Shown piece after piece: positions 48,407 through 58,078 of a stretch of DNA of 64,000 nt. This DNA comes from Vicinamibacteria bacterium (GTDB lineage Bacteria > Acidobacteriota > Vicinamibacteria > Marinacidobacterales > Marinacidobacteraceae): assembly GCA_965199715.1 (NCBI GenBank), contig OZ241322.1, forward strand, positions 1,184,001 to 1,248,000. The letters run 5' to 3'. The notes beneath the pieces were generated by a model. That model was given only the letters and a program-made list of their open reading frames with translations. It was not told the origin of the DNA and searched no databases. The position numbers and the translations under genes are program-made. Position 1 is the first letter of the stretch. Each line of letters opens with the position of its first letter.

Positions 48407-50649
48407 GGCCGCACCCTCGCCACGGCTTCCTCCCGAGGGACGACCCGGCCGACCCGCGCGACCGGAATCCCCGCCGACCGGAGCGCCGCCAGGTACGCCT
48501 CCTCCGCGTCCCCCGACGCCCCGACGAGCAGCCCGCCGGCGGTCTGGGGATCGAACAGCAGCTCGAAACGAGGGTGCTTCTCCGAGCCGTCTTCCGCCGC
48601 GATCGCCCGAAACGCGCGTCGGTTCTCCGGATGCGCGGTGCTGCGCAGCCCGCCTTCGAGCAACGTCACGGCCCCGGGAAGCGCCGGCAGCGTCCCCGCG
48701 TCGATCTCGGCGGAGACCCGGCTCGCCCGCAGCATCTCCGCGAGGTGGTTCATCAGCCCGAACCCGGTGACGTCGGTCGCCGCCCGGACCCCCGCCGCAA
48801 CCGCCGCCCGCGCCGCCGCGCCGTTCGGATCGTCCATCTGAGCGGTCGCCGCAAGAAGCCAATCCCCCCGTCCCTGCCCCATCATCGACCCGCGCAGCAC
48901 GACGCCGGTCCCGAGGCGCTTGGTCAGGTAGAGGCCGTCGCCGGGCCGCAGCCCGCCGAGCGTGAGCAGCCGGTCCCCGATCGGGTGCCCTTCGACCGAG
49001 AACCCCACGGTGAGCTCCGGCCCGACGGTCGTGTGGCCGCCGAGGAGCGCCACGCCGAGCGGGTCCAGCAGCGACCGCGCCCCGGCGAGAAGCTGGAAGA
49101 GCGTCTCCTCCTGCTGTTCGGGCGTCTCGTCGATCGGCAGGTTCACGAGCGCGTTCGCCCAGCGCGGCTCGGCGCCGGTCGCGAACAGATCGGACAGCGC
49201 GTTCGCCGCCGCGACCCGCCCGGTCAGCCAGCGGTCGCCGCTGAAGGCGCGGAACCAGTCCACGCTGGTCACCACTACGTCGCCCTGGGGGGTCGCGAAC
49301 GCCGCCGCGTCGTCCGGCTGGTCGAGGCCGAGCCGCACGTCGGGAGAGCCGGGCCCGGGGCCGAGACGCGACAGCGCCCGGTCGAGGGTGGTCTGGCCCG
49401 CCTTCGCGGCGCAGCCCCCGCACACCATCGACGCCATCGCCGACCGGTCCATCGAGGCGAACCCCGCCCCCGCGTTCCCCGAATCGTCGAGGACCTGGAA
49501 CTTCTCCATGAACTTCCGGTCGATGCGGTCCTTGAGCCGCATGACCGGCCCGCCGCCGAACGAGAGCCCCCACTTCGCCCCGAGCGCCTTCCCGTCGCCG
49601 AGGTTCACGAGCGTCAGGAAGTCCCCCTGGGGCCGGTAGCGGCGCAGCGGCCGCCCCGCGACCGCCCGGCGGAGGTTCTCGGCTACGACCGGACCCTGAC
49701 GCACGGCGTACACGCCCGCCTTGGGGGTATCCGGCCAGTCCTCGAGCGTCGCGCAGTCGCCCACCGCGAAGATGCGGTCGTCGCCCTTCGTCTGCAGCGT
49801 CGGCCGGGTGAGCGCGAAGCCGCGGGAGTCGAGCGGCAGCCCCGAACCCTCGAACACGCCGTGGCTGCCCGCCCCGACCGCCCAGACGAGCGCGTGGGCG
49901 GGGAGCGTCTCCCCGCCGTCGAGCTCCACTTCGGAAGCGGTCGCGCGGCGCACCGCGGCGCCGGTGCGGATGCGGATTCCCCGGGCCCGGGCGGCCCGCC
50001 GGGCGCGCGCCGCGAGCGAACGCGGGAACCCGGGAAGGATCTCGGGAAGCGCCTGCAGCAAGGTCACCCGCAGCGGCAGGTCGCGGTCGCCGGCTTCGCG
50101 CAGCAGCCGCTCCCGGATCGTGAACGCGAGCTCCACGCCGCCGGCGCCGCCGCCCGCGATCACGACCTCGAACGGCGCCCGCGGGGCGGCCAGGTACCGG
50201 GTCACGAGCGAGTCGATCTCGCGCACCAGCCGGGCGATCGGGCGCGTGGCGACGGCGTGGCTGCGGACCCCGGGGACATCCAGCCCGGCGACCGTGCTCC
50301 CGACGTCGAACGACGCGAAGTCGTAGGCCAGCGGCGCGCGCTCGCCGAAGAGGACGCGCCGCGCCCCGGGATCGACGCCGGTCGCCGGAGCGAGGATCAC
50401 GTCCGCTCCGGCGAGCGCCGCCAGCGGGACCACGTCGATCTCCAGCTCGGAGGCCCGGTACTGCCCCGCCACGAATCCCGGGACCATTCCCGAGTAGATC
50501 GCCGCCGGAACGTCGAGCACGACCGTGACCCGCGCGTCCGTCCACGGGCGCATCATCATCCGCCGCAGCACCTGCACGTGGGAGTGCCCGCCGCCGACCA
50601 GAACTACCCGCGCCGCGCTCAACCCGCCGGGAGTATTCCCCATGTTCAT
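48403..50649 (-). CDS. selD: Fusion of a pyridine nucleotide-disulfide oxidoreductase (NDH-2-like) with selenide,water dikinase SelD
   Basis: N-terminal LVGGGHSH, YSGMVPG, GGGAGGVE, AVGDC, PKAGVYAVRQG; C-terminal CGGCAAK, DDAA, ANALSD, GGHT, TDVTGFGL, DPQTAGGLL. Confidence 0.9.
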   Translation of the reverse strand: MNMGNTPGGLSAARVVLVGGGHSHVQVLRRMMMRPWTDARVTVVLDVPAAIYSGMVPGFVAGQYRASELEIDVVPLAALAGADVILAPATGVDPGARRVLFGERAPLAYDFASFDVGSTVAGLDVPGVRSHAVATRPIARLVREIDSLVTRYLAAPRAPFEVVIAGGGAGGVELAFTIRERLLREAGDRDLPLRVTLLQALPEILPGFPRSLAARARRAARARGIRIRTGAAVRRATASEVELDGGETLPAHALVWAVGAGSHGVFEGSGLPLDSRGFALTRPTLQTKGDDRIFAVGDCATLEDWPDTPKAGVYAVRQGPVVAENLRRAVAGRPLRRYRPQGDFLTLVNLGDGKALGAKWGLSFGGGPVMRLKDRIDRKFMEKFQVLDDSGNAGAGFASMDRSAMASMVCGGCAAKAGQTTLDRALSRLGPGPGSPDVRLGLDQPDDAAAFATPQGDVVVTSVDWFRAFSGDRWLTGRVAAANALSDLFATGAEPRWANALVNLPIDETPEQQEETLFQLLAGARSLLDPLGVALLGGHTTVGPELTVGFSVEGHPIGDRLLTLGGLRPGDGLYLTKRLGTGVVLRGSMMGQGRGDWLLAATAQMDDPNGAAARAAVAAGVRAATDVTGFGLMNHLAEMLRASRVSAEIDAGTLPALPGAVTLLEGGLRSTAHPENRRAFRAIAAEDGSEKHPRFELLFDPQTAGGLLVGASGDAEEAYLAALRSAGIPVARVGRVVPREEAVARVRP

Positions 50650-50682
50650 ACAATCCGGTTTCTCTCCCTCGGAGGAATGTTG

Positions 50683-52248
50683 ATGCGCTACGGACTCGCT
50701 TCGATCTCACTCGCGATCCTCGCCGCCGCCTGCGGCGGGATGGCCGAGGAGGAGCCATTCATGGAGCAGCCCTGCTCCGATGACATGAGCCTCAACGAGT
50801 GCCTCGTGTTCCGGGCGGCCCAGTACGAGCTCGACACCGAGCGGATTCCGCCGCCGGGCGGGATGGACCCGCAGCTCTGGATCGAGCACGAGGCCGCCGG
50901 ATTCGCCAAGGTGCTGTGCTCCGCCGTATTCCTGACCGGCCTCGAGTTCGAGGACGCGCAGGACCAGATCGGCGGGTTCACCTCGCGCTACCAGCACCGG
51001 GACCGGCTCACCGGGCGCGAGATCGACATGGAGAACCAGCGGGTCCACATCACGACCGACACCGGGGTGACCCGCACCGCGGTGCTCCACGGCGACCAGG
51101 GCTGCGTGACGCTGCCGAAGGGCGAGGACGCGCCATTCTACGAGACGGTGCCGGTGACCTCGACGGTGGACGTGGACGACCCGTGGCCGATGGGCGACAT
51201 GCTCCCCGACGAGCCGCTCGCCGAGGACATCGACGGCGAGAAGCTCATGGCGGCAGTGGACGCGGCGTTCGACCCGGACGCGATGACGCTGGCGTTCGTC
51301 GTGCTCCACCGGGGCAAGCTCGTCGCCGAGCGCTACCGGCAGGAGAGCGGGATCACGAAGGACACGCCGCTCGAGAGCTGGTCCATGAACAAGAGCCTTT
51401 CGGCGACGCTCCTCGGACTGCTCATCCACCAGGGCGTGTACGAGCTCGACCAGCTCGCCCCGATCGACAGTTGGCATGAGGATCCCGACGACGTGCGGGG
51501 CACGATCCGGATCCGCGACATCCTGAGCATGGCCAGCGGCCTGCGCTGCATGAACGCGGGCGATCCGGAGTACAGCGAGGCCGAGCACGGCTATCCGGAC
51601 CACCTCTACCTCTACACGGGCACGGTCGATTCCCACATCTGGGCCACCGAGCGCCCGGCGCAGTGGCCGCCGGGAACGATCGGGCGCTACCGCAACTGCG
51701 ATCCGGTGCTGACGAACCACATCGTCCGGCTCGGCGTGGAGGGCCGGAACGAGAACTACCACCAGTTCGCGCAGAAGCACCTGTTCGACAAGATCGGCCA
51801 GTCCCGCTTCGTGGCGGAAGGCGATCCTCACGGCAACTTCCTGCTCAACGGCTACGGCTTCGGCAGCGGGCGCGCCTGGGCGCGGCTCGGCCAGCTCTAC
51901 CTCGACGGCGGCGTGACCCCGGCCGGCGAGCGCATCCTGTCGGAGGAATTCGTTTCGTTCGCCACGTCGGTGGCTCCGCCTTGGCAGGACGACGGACGGC
52001 CCATCTACGGCGGGCTGATCTGGATCAACAACCCGCCCCGGGGCGGCCAGAAGCGCTTCCCGGCCCTGCCGAACAGCACGTACAGCTTCGCTGGCGCGGG
52101 CGGCCAGAGCACGATCATCGTCCCCGAGCACGACATGGTGATCGCCCGCCTCGGCCTGTATCAGGGCTCGCTCGACGGGAGCGCGAACCGCGCGCTGCAA
52201 GACGCGCTCGCCCTGCTCGTGGAGGCGATCCCGAGGTCGTCGGATTGA
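50683..52248 (+). CDS. Beta-lactamase-family serine hydrolase lipoprotein
   Basis: AAAC lipobox, AKVLCSAVF, SWSMNKS, WARLGQLYL, GAGGQ. Confidence 0.85.
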   Translation: MRYGLASISLAILAAACGGMAEEEPFMEQPCSDDMSLNECLVFRAAQYELDTERIPPPGGMDPQLWIEHEAAGFAKVLCSAVFLTGLEFEDAQDQIGGFTSRYQHRDRLTGREIDMENQRVHITTDTGVTRTAVLHGDQGCVTLPKGEDAPFYETVPVTSTVDVDDPWPMGDMLPDEPLAEDIDGEKLMAAVDAAFDPDAMTLAFVVLHRGKLVAERYRQESGITKDTPLESWSMNKSLSATLLGLLIHQGVYELDQLAPIDSWHEDPDDVRGTIRIRDILSMASGLRCMNAGDPEYSEAEHGYPDHLYLYTGTVDSHIWATERPAQWPPGTIGRYRNCDPVLTNHIVRLGVEGRNENYHQFAQKHLFDKIGQSRFVAEGDPHGNFLLNGYGFGSGRAWARLGQLYLDGGVTPAGERILSEEFVSFATSVAPPWQDDGRPIYGGLIWINNPPRGGQKRFPALPNSTYSFAGAGGQSTIIVPEHDMVIARLGLYQGSLDGSANRALQDALALLVEAIPRSSD

Positions 52249-53336
52249 TCGCGCTTCTCCTCCTCGCCGCCGGGCAGCCGGCCGCGGAGCCGATCCAGTT
52301 GGAGACGCTCTCGCTTCCGCCGGGCTTCGAGATCTCGATCTGGGGCCGCGCTCCCGGCGCCCGCTCGCTGGCGCGGGGCGAGGAGGGAACGATCTTCGTG
52401 GGCACCCGCAGCGCCCAGGGCAGCGTCTTCGCGCTGCGCGACGGCGACGGCGACGGCGAGGCCGACGAGGTCCACGGGATCGCCGAGGACCTGTTCATGC
52501 CGAACGGGGTGGCGGTGCGGAACGGCTCGCTCTACGTCGCCGAGGTGAACCGGGTGCTCCGCTTCGACGGGATCGAGGCGCGGCTGTCGGATCCGCCCGA
52601 ACCGGTCGTCGTGACCGACGACCTCCCCGACATGCGCCACCACGGCTGGAAGTACCTCAAGTTCGGCCCCGACGGGAAGCTGTGGTTCAACGTCGGCGCG
52701 CCCTGCAACCGGTGCGAGTCGGCGAACCCGCTGTTCGCCTCGATCGCCCGGATGGACGCCGACGGCTCGAACGTCGAACCGGTGGCGCTCGGCGTGCGGA
52801 ACTCGGTCGGCTTCGACTGGCACCCCGAGACCCGGGAGCTGTGGTTCACGGACAACAACGCCGACTGGCTTGGCGACGACAACCCGGCGGGCGAGATGAA
52901 CATCCTCACCGAGCCGGGCCAGCACTTCGGGTATCCCTACTGCCACGCCATCGACAGCGCCGACCCGTGGTTCGAGCGCGCCGGCGCGTGCGACGAGTAC
53001 GAGCCGCCGACGCAGGAGCTCGGGCCGCACGTCGCGGCCATCGGCATGACCTTCTATCGGGGCGACGCCTTCCCCGAGGAGTACCGGGGCCACGCGATCG
53101 TCGCCGAGCACGGCTCGTGGAACCGCACCGAGCGGATCGGCTACCGCCTCACGATCGTCCGCGCCGAAAACGGCGTGGCGACCGGTTACGAGGACTTCGT
53201 GACCGGATGGATCGGCCCGCCGGAGGGCCGCGCCTGGGGACGCCCGGTGGACGTCCTCGAGCTTCCCGACGGCGACATCCTCGTCTCCGACGACCGCGCC
53301 GGCGCGATCTACCGGATTTGGTACTCCGGAGGCTGA
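52245..53336 (+). CDS. PQQ-dependent sugar (sorbosone-type) dehydrogenase
   Basis: LPPGF, HHGWKYLKFGPDG, GAPCN.C, GVRNSVGFDWHP, EHGSWNR, GRPVDV. Confidence 0.88.
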   Translation: MIALLLLAAGQPAAEPIQLETLSLPPGFEISIWGRAPGARSLARGEEGTIFVGTRSAQGSVFALRDGDGDGEADEVHGIAEDLFMPNGVAVRNGSLYVAEVNRVLRFDGIEARLSDPPEPVVVTDDLPDMRHHGWKYLKFGPDGKLWFNVGAPCNRCESANPLFASIARMDADGSNVEPVALGVRNSVGFDWHPETRELWFTDNNADWLGDDNPAGEMNILTEPGQHFGYPYCHAIDSADPWFERAGACDEYEPPTQELGPHVAAIGMTFYRGDAFPEEYRGHAIVAEHGSWNRTERIGYRLTIVRAENGVATGYEDFVTGWIGPPEGRAWGRPVDVLELPDGDILVSDDRAGAIYRIWYSGG

Positions 53337-55261
53337 CCGCGCTGGCGGCGGTGGCGCTCGCCGCCGTCGCCCCGGCTGAGGAACGCAAGCCCGGCGAGTG
53401 GCCGCACTACGCCGCCGATCTCGCCTCCACCCGCTATTCGCCGCTCGACCAGATCCACCCGGGCAACGTCGGCGATCTGGAGATCATCTGGCGCTGGACC
53501 TCGCGGAACTTCGGGCCTCGGGTGGACAGCAACCTGCGCACGACTCCGATCATGCTGGACGGCGTCCTCTACGTCACCGCCGGCTCGCGCCGGGCCGCGA
53601 TCGCGATCGACGCGGCCACGGGCGAGACGCTCTGGACGTACCGGCTCGACGAGGGCGAGCGCGGCGAGTCGGCGCCCCGGGCCACTTCGGGACGGGGGCT
53701 CGCGTTCTGGAGCGACGGCGAGTCGGCGCGGCTGTTCCTCGTGACTCCGGCGTACCAGATGGTCGCGCTCGACGCCGGCACCGGCAAGGTCGTCCCCGGC
53801 TTCGGGCTCGACGGCATGGTGGACCTGAGGCGCAACCTCGGACGCGAAGTGGATCTGGAGACCGCGAGGATCGGAGCCGGCTCGCCGCCGACCGTGGTCG
53901 GGGACGTGATCGTCGTGGGAGCGGCGCTCGTCAGCGGCAGCGCCCCGCCATCGCCGGAGAACGCTCCCTCGCCGGTGCGGGGGTACGACGCCCGGACCGG
54001 CGAGTTGCTCTGGACGTTCCACACGATCCCGCGGCAGGGCGAGTTCGGCAACGAGACGTGGGGCAACGAGAGCTGGCGCACGACCGGGAACACGGGCGTC
54101 TGGGCGTGGATGAGCGCCGATCCCGAGCTCGGGCTGGTCTTCCTGCCGACCGAAGCCCCGACCGGCGACTACTACGGCGGCCACCGCCCCGGCGACAACC
54201 TCTTCAGCCAGAGCGTCGTGGCGCTCGACGTAAAGACCGGCGAGCGGAAGTGGCACTTCCAGACCGTCCACCATCCGATCTGGGACTACGACCTTCCGAC
54301 CGCGCCGGTGCTGCTGGATCTGGTGGTGGACGGCGAGGAGATCCCGGCGCTCGCGCAGGTCACCAAGCAGGCGTTCACCTTCGTCTTCGACCGGCGCACC
54401 GGGGAGCCGGTCTGGCCCATCGAGGAACGCCCGGTGGCCCCGAGCGACGTGCCCGGCGAGTCCACCGCCCCGACCCAGCCGTTCCCGACCAGGCCGCCTC
54501 CGTTCCAGCGGCAGGGCGTGAGCGAGGCGGACCTGCTCGACCTCACGCCCGAACTGCGGGAGGAGGCCCTCCGCATCGCGTCCTTCTACACGCTCGGGCC
54601 CCTGTTCACGCCGCCCACGGTGATGGAGGAGCGCGGGAACCGGGGCACCCTGACCGTACCCGGCGCGCTCGGCGGGGCGAACTGGCCGAGCGTGGCCGCC
54701 GACCCGGAGACCGGGATTCTCTACGTCTCCACCGGGCTCGACGTGAACGTCCTCGGCCTTGAGCACAACCCCGACCGCTCGACGATGGACTACGTACAGG
54801 GAAGCCGCCGGGCGATCCGGCTCCCCCGGGGCGGCGGCCCGCAGGGGTTGCCGTTGCTGAAGCCGCCGTGGGGGCAGATCACCGCGATCGACCTGCACCG
54901 GGGCGAGATCCTCTGGCAGATCGCGAACAGCGACACGCCCGAATGGGTCCGGGAGCACCCCGCGCTCGAGGGCGTCGAACTCGGCCGCACCGGCCAGCCG
55001 GACCGTGGCGGGCTGCTCGTGACCGGATCGCTGCTCTTCGCCGGGGAGGGCAGCGGGATGTTCGCCGCCTACGGCTCGGGCGGCCCCATGTTCCGCGCCC
55101 ACGACAAGGCCACCGGCGAGATCCTCTGGGAATTCGAGCTGCCGGCGAACCAGTCGGGCACGCCGATGAGCTACCTCGTGAACGGCCGCCAGTTCATCGT
55201 CGTCGCCGTGGGCGCACCCGGCCAGCCGGGCGAGTTCGTGGCGCTGGCGCTTCCCGAGTAG
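53318..55261 (+). CDS. PQQ-binding beta-propeller dehydrogenase (glucose/quinate type)
   Basis: RYSPLDQI, DYYGGHRPGDNLF, WHFQTVHH.IWDYD, PTQPFP, PPWG; TTG start inferred. Confidence 0.9.
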   Translation: MVLRRLTALAAVALAAVAPAEERKPGEWPHYAADLASTRYSPLDQIHPGNVGDLEIIWRWTSRNFGPRVDSNLRTTPIMLDGVLYVTAGSRRAAIAIDAATGETLWTYRLDEGERGESAPRATSGRGLAFWSDGESARLFLVTPAYQMVALDAGTGKVVPGFGLDGMVDLRRNLGREVDLETARIGAGSPPTVVGDVIVVGAALVSGSAPPSPENAPSPVRGYDARTGELLWTFHTIPRQGEFGNETWGNESWRTTGNTGVWAWMSADPELGLVFLPTEAPTGDYYGGHRPGDNLFSQSVVALDVKTGERKWHFQTVHHPIWDYDLPTAPVLLDLVVDGEEIPALAQVTKQAFTFVFDRRTGEPVWPIEERPVAPSDVPGESTAPTQPFPTRPPPFQRQGVSEADLLDLTPELREEALRIASFYTLGPLFTPPTVMEERGNRGTLTVPGALGGANWPSVAADPETGILYVSTGLDVNVLGLEHNPDRSTMDYVQGSRRAIRLPRGGGPQGLPLLKPPWGQITAIDLHRGEILWQIANSDTPEWVREHPALEGVELGRTGQPDRGGLLVTGSLLFAGEGSGMFAAYGSGGPMFRAHDKATGEILWEFELPANQSGTPMSYLVNGRQFIVVAVGAPGQPGEFVALALPE

Positions 55262-55651
55262 ATGCAGTTCCTCGCCGTGCACCGCGAGACCGCTTGGGCG
55301 CTGCTGCGCATGGTCGCGGGCTTCGGGTTCCTCTGCCACGGCGTGATCGCAGTCGCGTGGATGCTTGGCGACGGGACCCCGTTCTCCCCGCCGTGGCTCT
55401 ACAACACCGCCGGGATGGTCGAGCTCGTCACCGGGGCGCTGATCCTCGCCGGGTATCAGGTCCGCATCGCGGCCTTCCTCGCGTCGGGCCAAATGGCGGT
55501 CGCCTACTTCTATCGGCACCAACCGGAGGGCTGGCTGCCGATCCAGAACGACGGCGAACTCGCGCTCCTCTACTGCTTCGTGTTCCTGCTGTTCGCCGCC
55601 GGCGGAGCAGGCAAGTGGAGCATCGACGCCTGCTGCGGAGGGAAGCCGTGA
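55262..55651 (+). CDS. DoxX family membrane protein (paralog of 46113-46487)
   Basis: LLRMVAGF.FLCHG, ASGQMAVAYF, NDGELALLYCF, GAGKWSID. Confidence 0.88.
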   Translation: MQFLAVHRETAWALLRMVAGFGFLCHGVIAVAWMLGDGTPFSPPWLYNTAGMVELVTGALILAGYQVRIAAFLASGQMAVAYFYRHQPEGWLPIQNDGELALLYCFVFLLFAAGGAGKWSIDACCGGKP

Positions 55652-56211
55652 CCCGGGACGAGGCGTGGGCGCACCTGACGACGTGGTGCGAAACCGAATC
55701 GCTGCGCAAGCACGCCCGGTCGGTGGAGATCGTGATGCGCGCCGCCGCCTCACGCTACGGCGAGCCGGAGGACGACCCGGACGTCTGGGGCGTGGCCGGG
55801 ATGCTCCACGACGCCGACTACGAGAAGTGGCCCGAGGACCATCCGAACCGCATCGTGGCGTGGCTGCGGGAGCGCGGCGAGGAGGAACTGGCGTACGCGA
55901 TCTCCGGCCACTACACGAAATGGAACGTCCCGCTGAAGTCGCAGATGGACAAGGCGCTGCTGGCCTGCGACGAGCTCACGGGATTCATCGTCGCCTGCTG
56001 CCTCGTCCGCCCCGAAGGAGTCGCGACGCTCGGGGCCAAGAGCGTGAAGAAGAAGCTGAAGGACAAGGCGTTCGCCGCGAAGGTGGAGCGCCACGAGTGC
56101 CGCGTCGGCGCGGAGCTTCTCGGCGTGGAGCTCGGCGAGCACATCGAGTTCATCATCGGGGCGCTGCGCCCGCACGCGGAGGAACTGGGGATCACCGGCC
56201 GCAGGCTGTAG
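55648..56211 (+). CDS. HD/HDIG-domain phosphohydrolase
   Basis: SLRKH...VE..M, GMLHDADYE, ACDELTGFI.AC, SVKKKLKDKAFAA.V.R. Confidence 0.9.
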   Translation: MTRDEAWAHLTTWCETESLRKHARSVEIVMRAAASRYGEPEDDPDVWGVAGMLHDADYEKWPEDHPNRIVAWLRERGEEELAYAISGHYTKWNVPLKSQMDKALLACDELTGFIVACCLVRPEGVATLGAKSVKKKLKDKAFAAKVERHECRVGAELLGVELGEHIEFIIGALRPHAEELGITGRRL

Positions 56212-56233
56212 CTCCGCTGCCGGCGTCGGTCGC

Positions 56234-56527
56234 ATGGGGCAGCGGTGGATCCGCCTTGAGGATTTCAGGGCCAACCCCGGCCAGTGCCCCGCATCGTTGC
56301 CGAGGGGCAAGCCTCGTGATGCGGACGACGGCGCGTCGTATTTCTGGAGTGGTCAGCGCCCGCCTCGGGCGAGACCCGTTGTGAGACTCCCACACTGGGT
56401 TGACTTCGTGAGGTGGAGCCGCGGCCACTACGTGCAGGGAATCTCAGACGAGCGCGGGAACGGGAGAGCGGCGTACCCGGAGGGGCGGACGCACGCGGAC
56501 GGCGCGCCGGGCGAGGACTCGGGCTAG
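56234..56527 (+). pseudogene. Antitoxin copy A (type-2 head with internal deletion, beta tail)
   Basis: MGQRWIRLEDFRANPGQC matches the 56827 ORF; about 70 bp is missing after codon 18; tail DFVRWSRGHYV.GISDE is shared with the 58079 ORF. Confidence 0.75.
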
Positions 56528-56536
56528 GATCACCGC

Positions 56537-56809
56537 ATGGGAGGTGACGGCGTGGCCGAACGGCGGATGAGCGTTCAGGACTTCGAGGCCGATCCGGACA
56601 AGGCTCTCGACGCGGCGAGGAACGGGATCACCGTCCATCTCATGGACGGGGAGCGGCGCGTCGCCCGCGTCGTTCCGATCACCGAGGCGATGCGCGCCGA
56701 TGAGGCCCAAATCACTCCGGGGAATGGCGAGCCGATGGACCCGACTCCACCCGGATTGCGACTGCGAGGCCCGGGCACGAGCCTTGACCTTCTCCGGGAA
56801 TCCCGCTGA
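56537..56809 (+). CDS. Antitoxin copy B, Phd/YefM-like (type-1 head, alpha tail)
   Basis: MSVQDFEADPDKALDAARNGITVHLMDGERRVARVVP fits the Phd pattern; TAGGAT -10 box; alternative GTG 56552 with GGAGG. Confidence 0.75.
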   Translation: MGGDGVAERRMSVQDFEADPDKALDAARNGITVHLMDGERRVARVVPITEAMRADEAQITPGNGEPMDPTPPGLRLRGPGTSLDLLRESR

Positions 56810-56826
56810 CGGGCCGGAGGACAACC

Positions 56827-57093
56827 ATGGCGCAGTGGTGGATCCGAACGGAGGACTTCAAGGCCAACCCGGGTCAGTGCCTGGACGACGTCAGGAGAAG
56901 CCGCACGACGATCGTTTTGACGGAGAACGACGACGCGGATCGCCAGGTCGCCCGCATCGTCCCCGAAGGCAAGGAAGCGGATGCGCGGGAAGGAGCCTTC
57001 CATTGGAGCGGGCGACGGCTAAGGCCGTACACACCCACGGTCCGCTTGCGTGGACCGGGCACGAGCCTGGATCTCCTTCGGGAGGCGCGCTGA
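56827..57093 (+). CDS. Antitoxin copy C, Phd/YefM-like (type-2 head, alpha tail)
   Basis: EDFKANPGQCLDDVRR...IVLTE....VARIVP; GGAGG RBS; TGATG overlap with the toxin. Confidence 0.82.
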   Translation: MAQWWIRTEDFKANPGQCLDDVRRSRTTIVLTENDDADRQVARIVPEGKEADAREGAFHWSGRRLRPYTPTVRLRGPGTSLDLLREAR

Positions 57094-57821
57094 TGTCGCT
57101 CCTGTATGCGGATACCAGCGCTCTGTTCAAACGCTACGTGACCGAGAGCGGCTCCAGCGAGGTGGCCGCCAGGATGGCGGCTTCGACGCGTGTCGGAACC
57201 GCCTTGATTACGTGGGCCGAAATCACTGCTGCTTTCGCACGAGCCATACGAACCAGTCGGATGGAACCGCACGAGGCCCGCACCCTCGTGCGAGAGTTTC
57301 GTGTCCACTGGAGCGAGATCGCGACGATCCCGATCACGGGCGACCTCGTGGAACATGCGGCGGCGCTTGCGTGGAAGCACGGGCTGCGCGGATACGACGC
57401 CATCCAGCTCGCGGCGGCGCTCGACTGGCAAGAGACCCTCGTGGAAGCGAACGGGCAAATCACGTTCGCCTCCTTCGACAACGCGCTCCGCCGAGCGGCC
57501 GCGGCCGAGAGACTTGACGTGTGGCCCGAACTCCCGCTCGTCCAGCCGTGGGGGGTCTCGGATGAGTGGAATCCGCTGTTCGCGGAGATGAGCCTCCCGC
57601 TGGAAGACTCTGGACGGCAAACGCTACGTGACTACGGGGCCAGGGACTCGCTCTCGTTGGCATCGGCCGGAATCGCAGACTTCCGGCATCAGGTTCACGT
57701 GGGTGACCCGACCGTACTGCTCGTGGATGCAGAGCGGCCGCCGCCTGCGGGCGGCGAACCAAGGGAGACCCAAGCCAGGCTCCTCGCATGGGAGGTGACG
57801 GCGTGGCCGAACGGTGGATGA
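57093..57821 (+). CDS. vapC: VapC PIN-domain toxin with a long C-terminal extension
   Basis: LYADTSALFKRYVTESGS, AEI.AA, LRGYDAIQLAAAL, FASFD..LRRAA..E.L. Confidence 0.9.
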   Translation: MSLLYADTSALFKRYVTESGSSEVAARMAASTRVGTALITWAEITAAFARAIRTSRMEPHEARTLVREFRVHWSEIATIPITGDLVEHAAALAWKHGLRGYDAIQLAAALDWQETLVEANGQITFASFDNALRRAAAAERLDVWPELPLVQPWGVSDEWNPLFAEMSLPLEDSGRQTLRDYGARDSLSLASAGIADFRHQVHVGDPTVLLVDAERPPPAGGEPRETQARLLAWEVTAWPNGG

Positions 57822-58078
57822 GCGCTCAGGACTTCGAGGCCGATCCCGACAAGGCCCTCGCCGATGTCAAGGACGGAGTCACGGTCCATCTCATGGACGG
57901 AGATCGGCGGATCGCCCGCGTCGTCCCCGATCAAGGGGGCCATGCGAGCCCACGAGACGGCGGTCACCCCTCGAGCGTGCGGCAGGGCAGATTTGACGGT
58001 ACGCGTCCGGATACCGCAAGGCGCGGGCGACGACCCGGGCCCGACGCTGGAGCCCGGCTGGGGGCCGGGCGATCCAGG
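57788..58078 (+). pseudogene. Antitoxin copy E, frameshifted duplicate of copy B
   Basis: Near-identical DNA to 56534-56670; an extra C in gtccccgatc (about 57925) shifts PIKGAMRAHETAVTP (cf. PITEAMRADEAQITP) out of frame. Confidence 0.8.
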
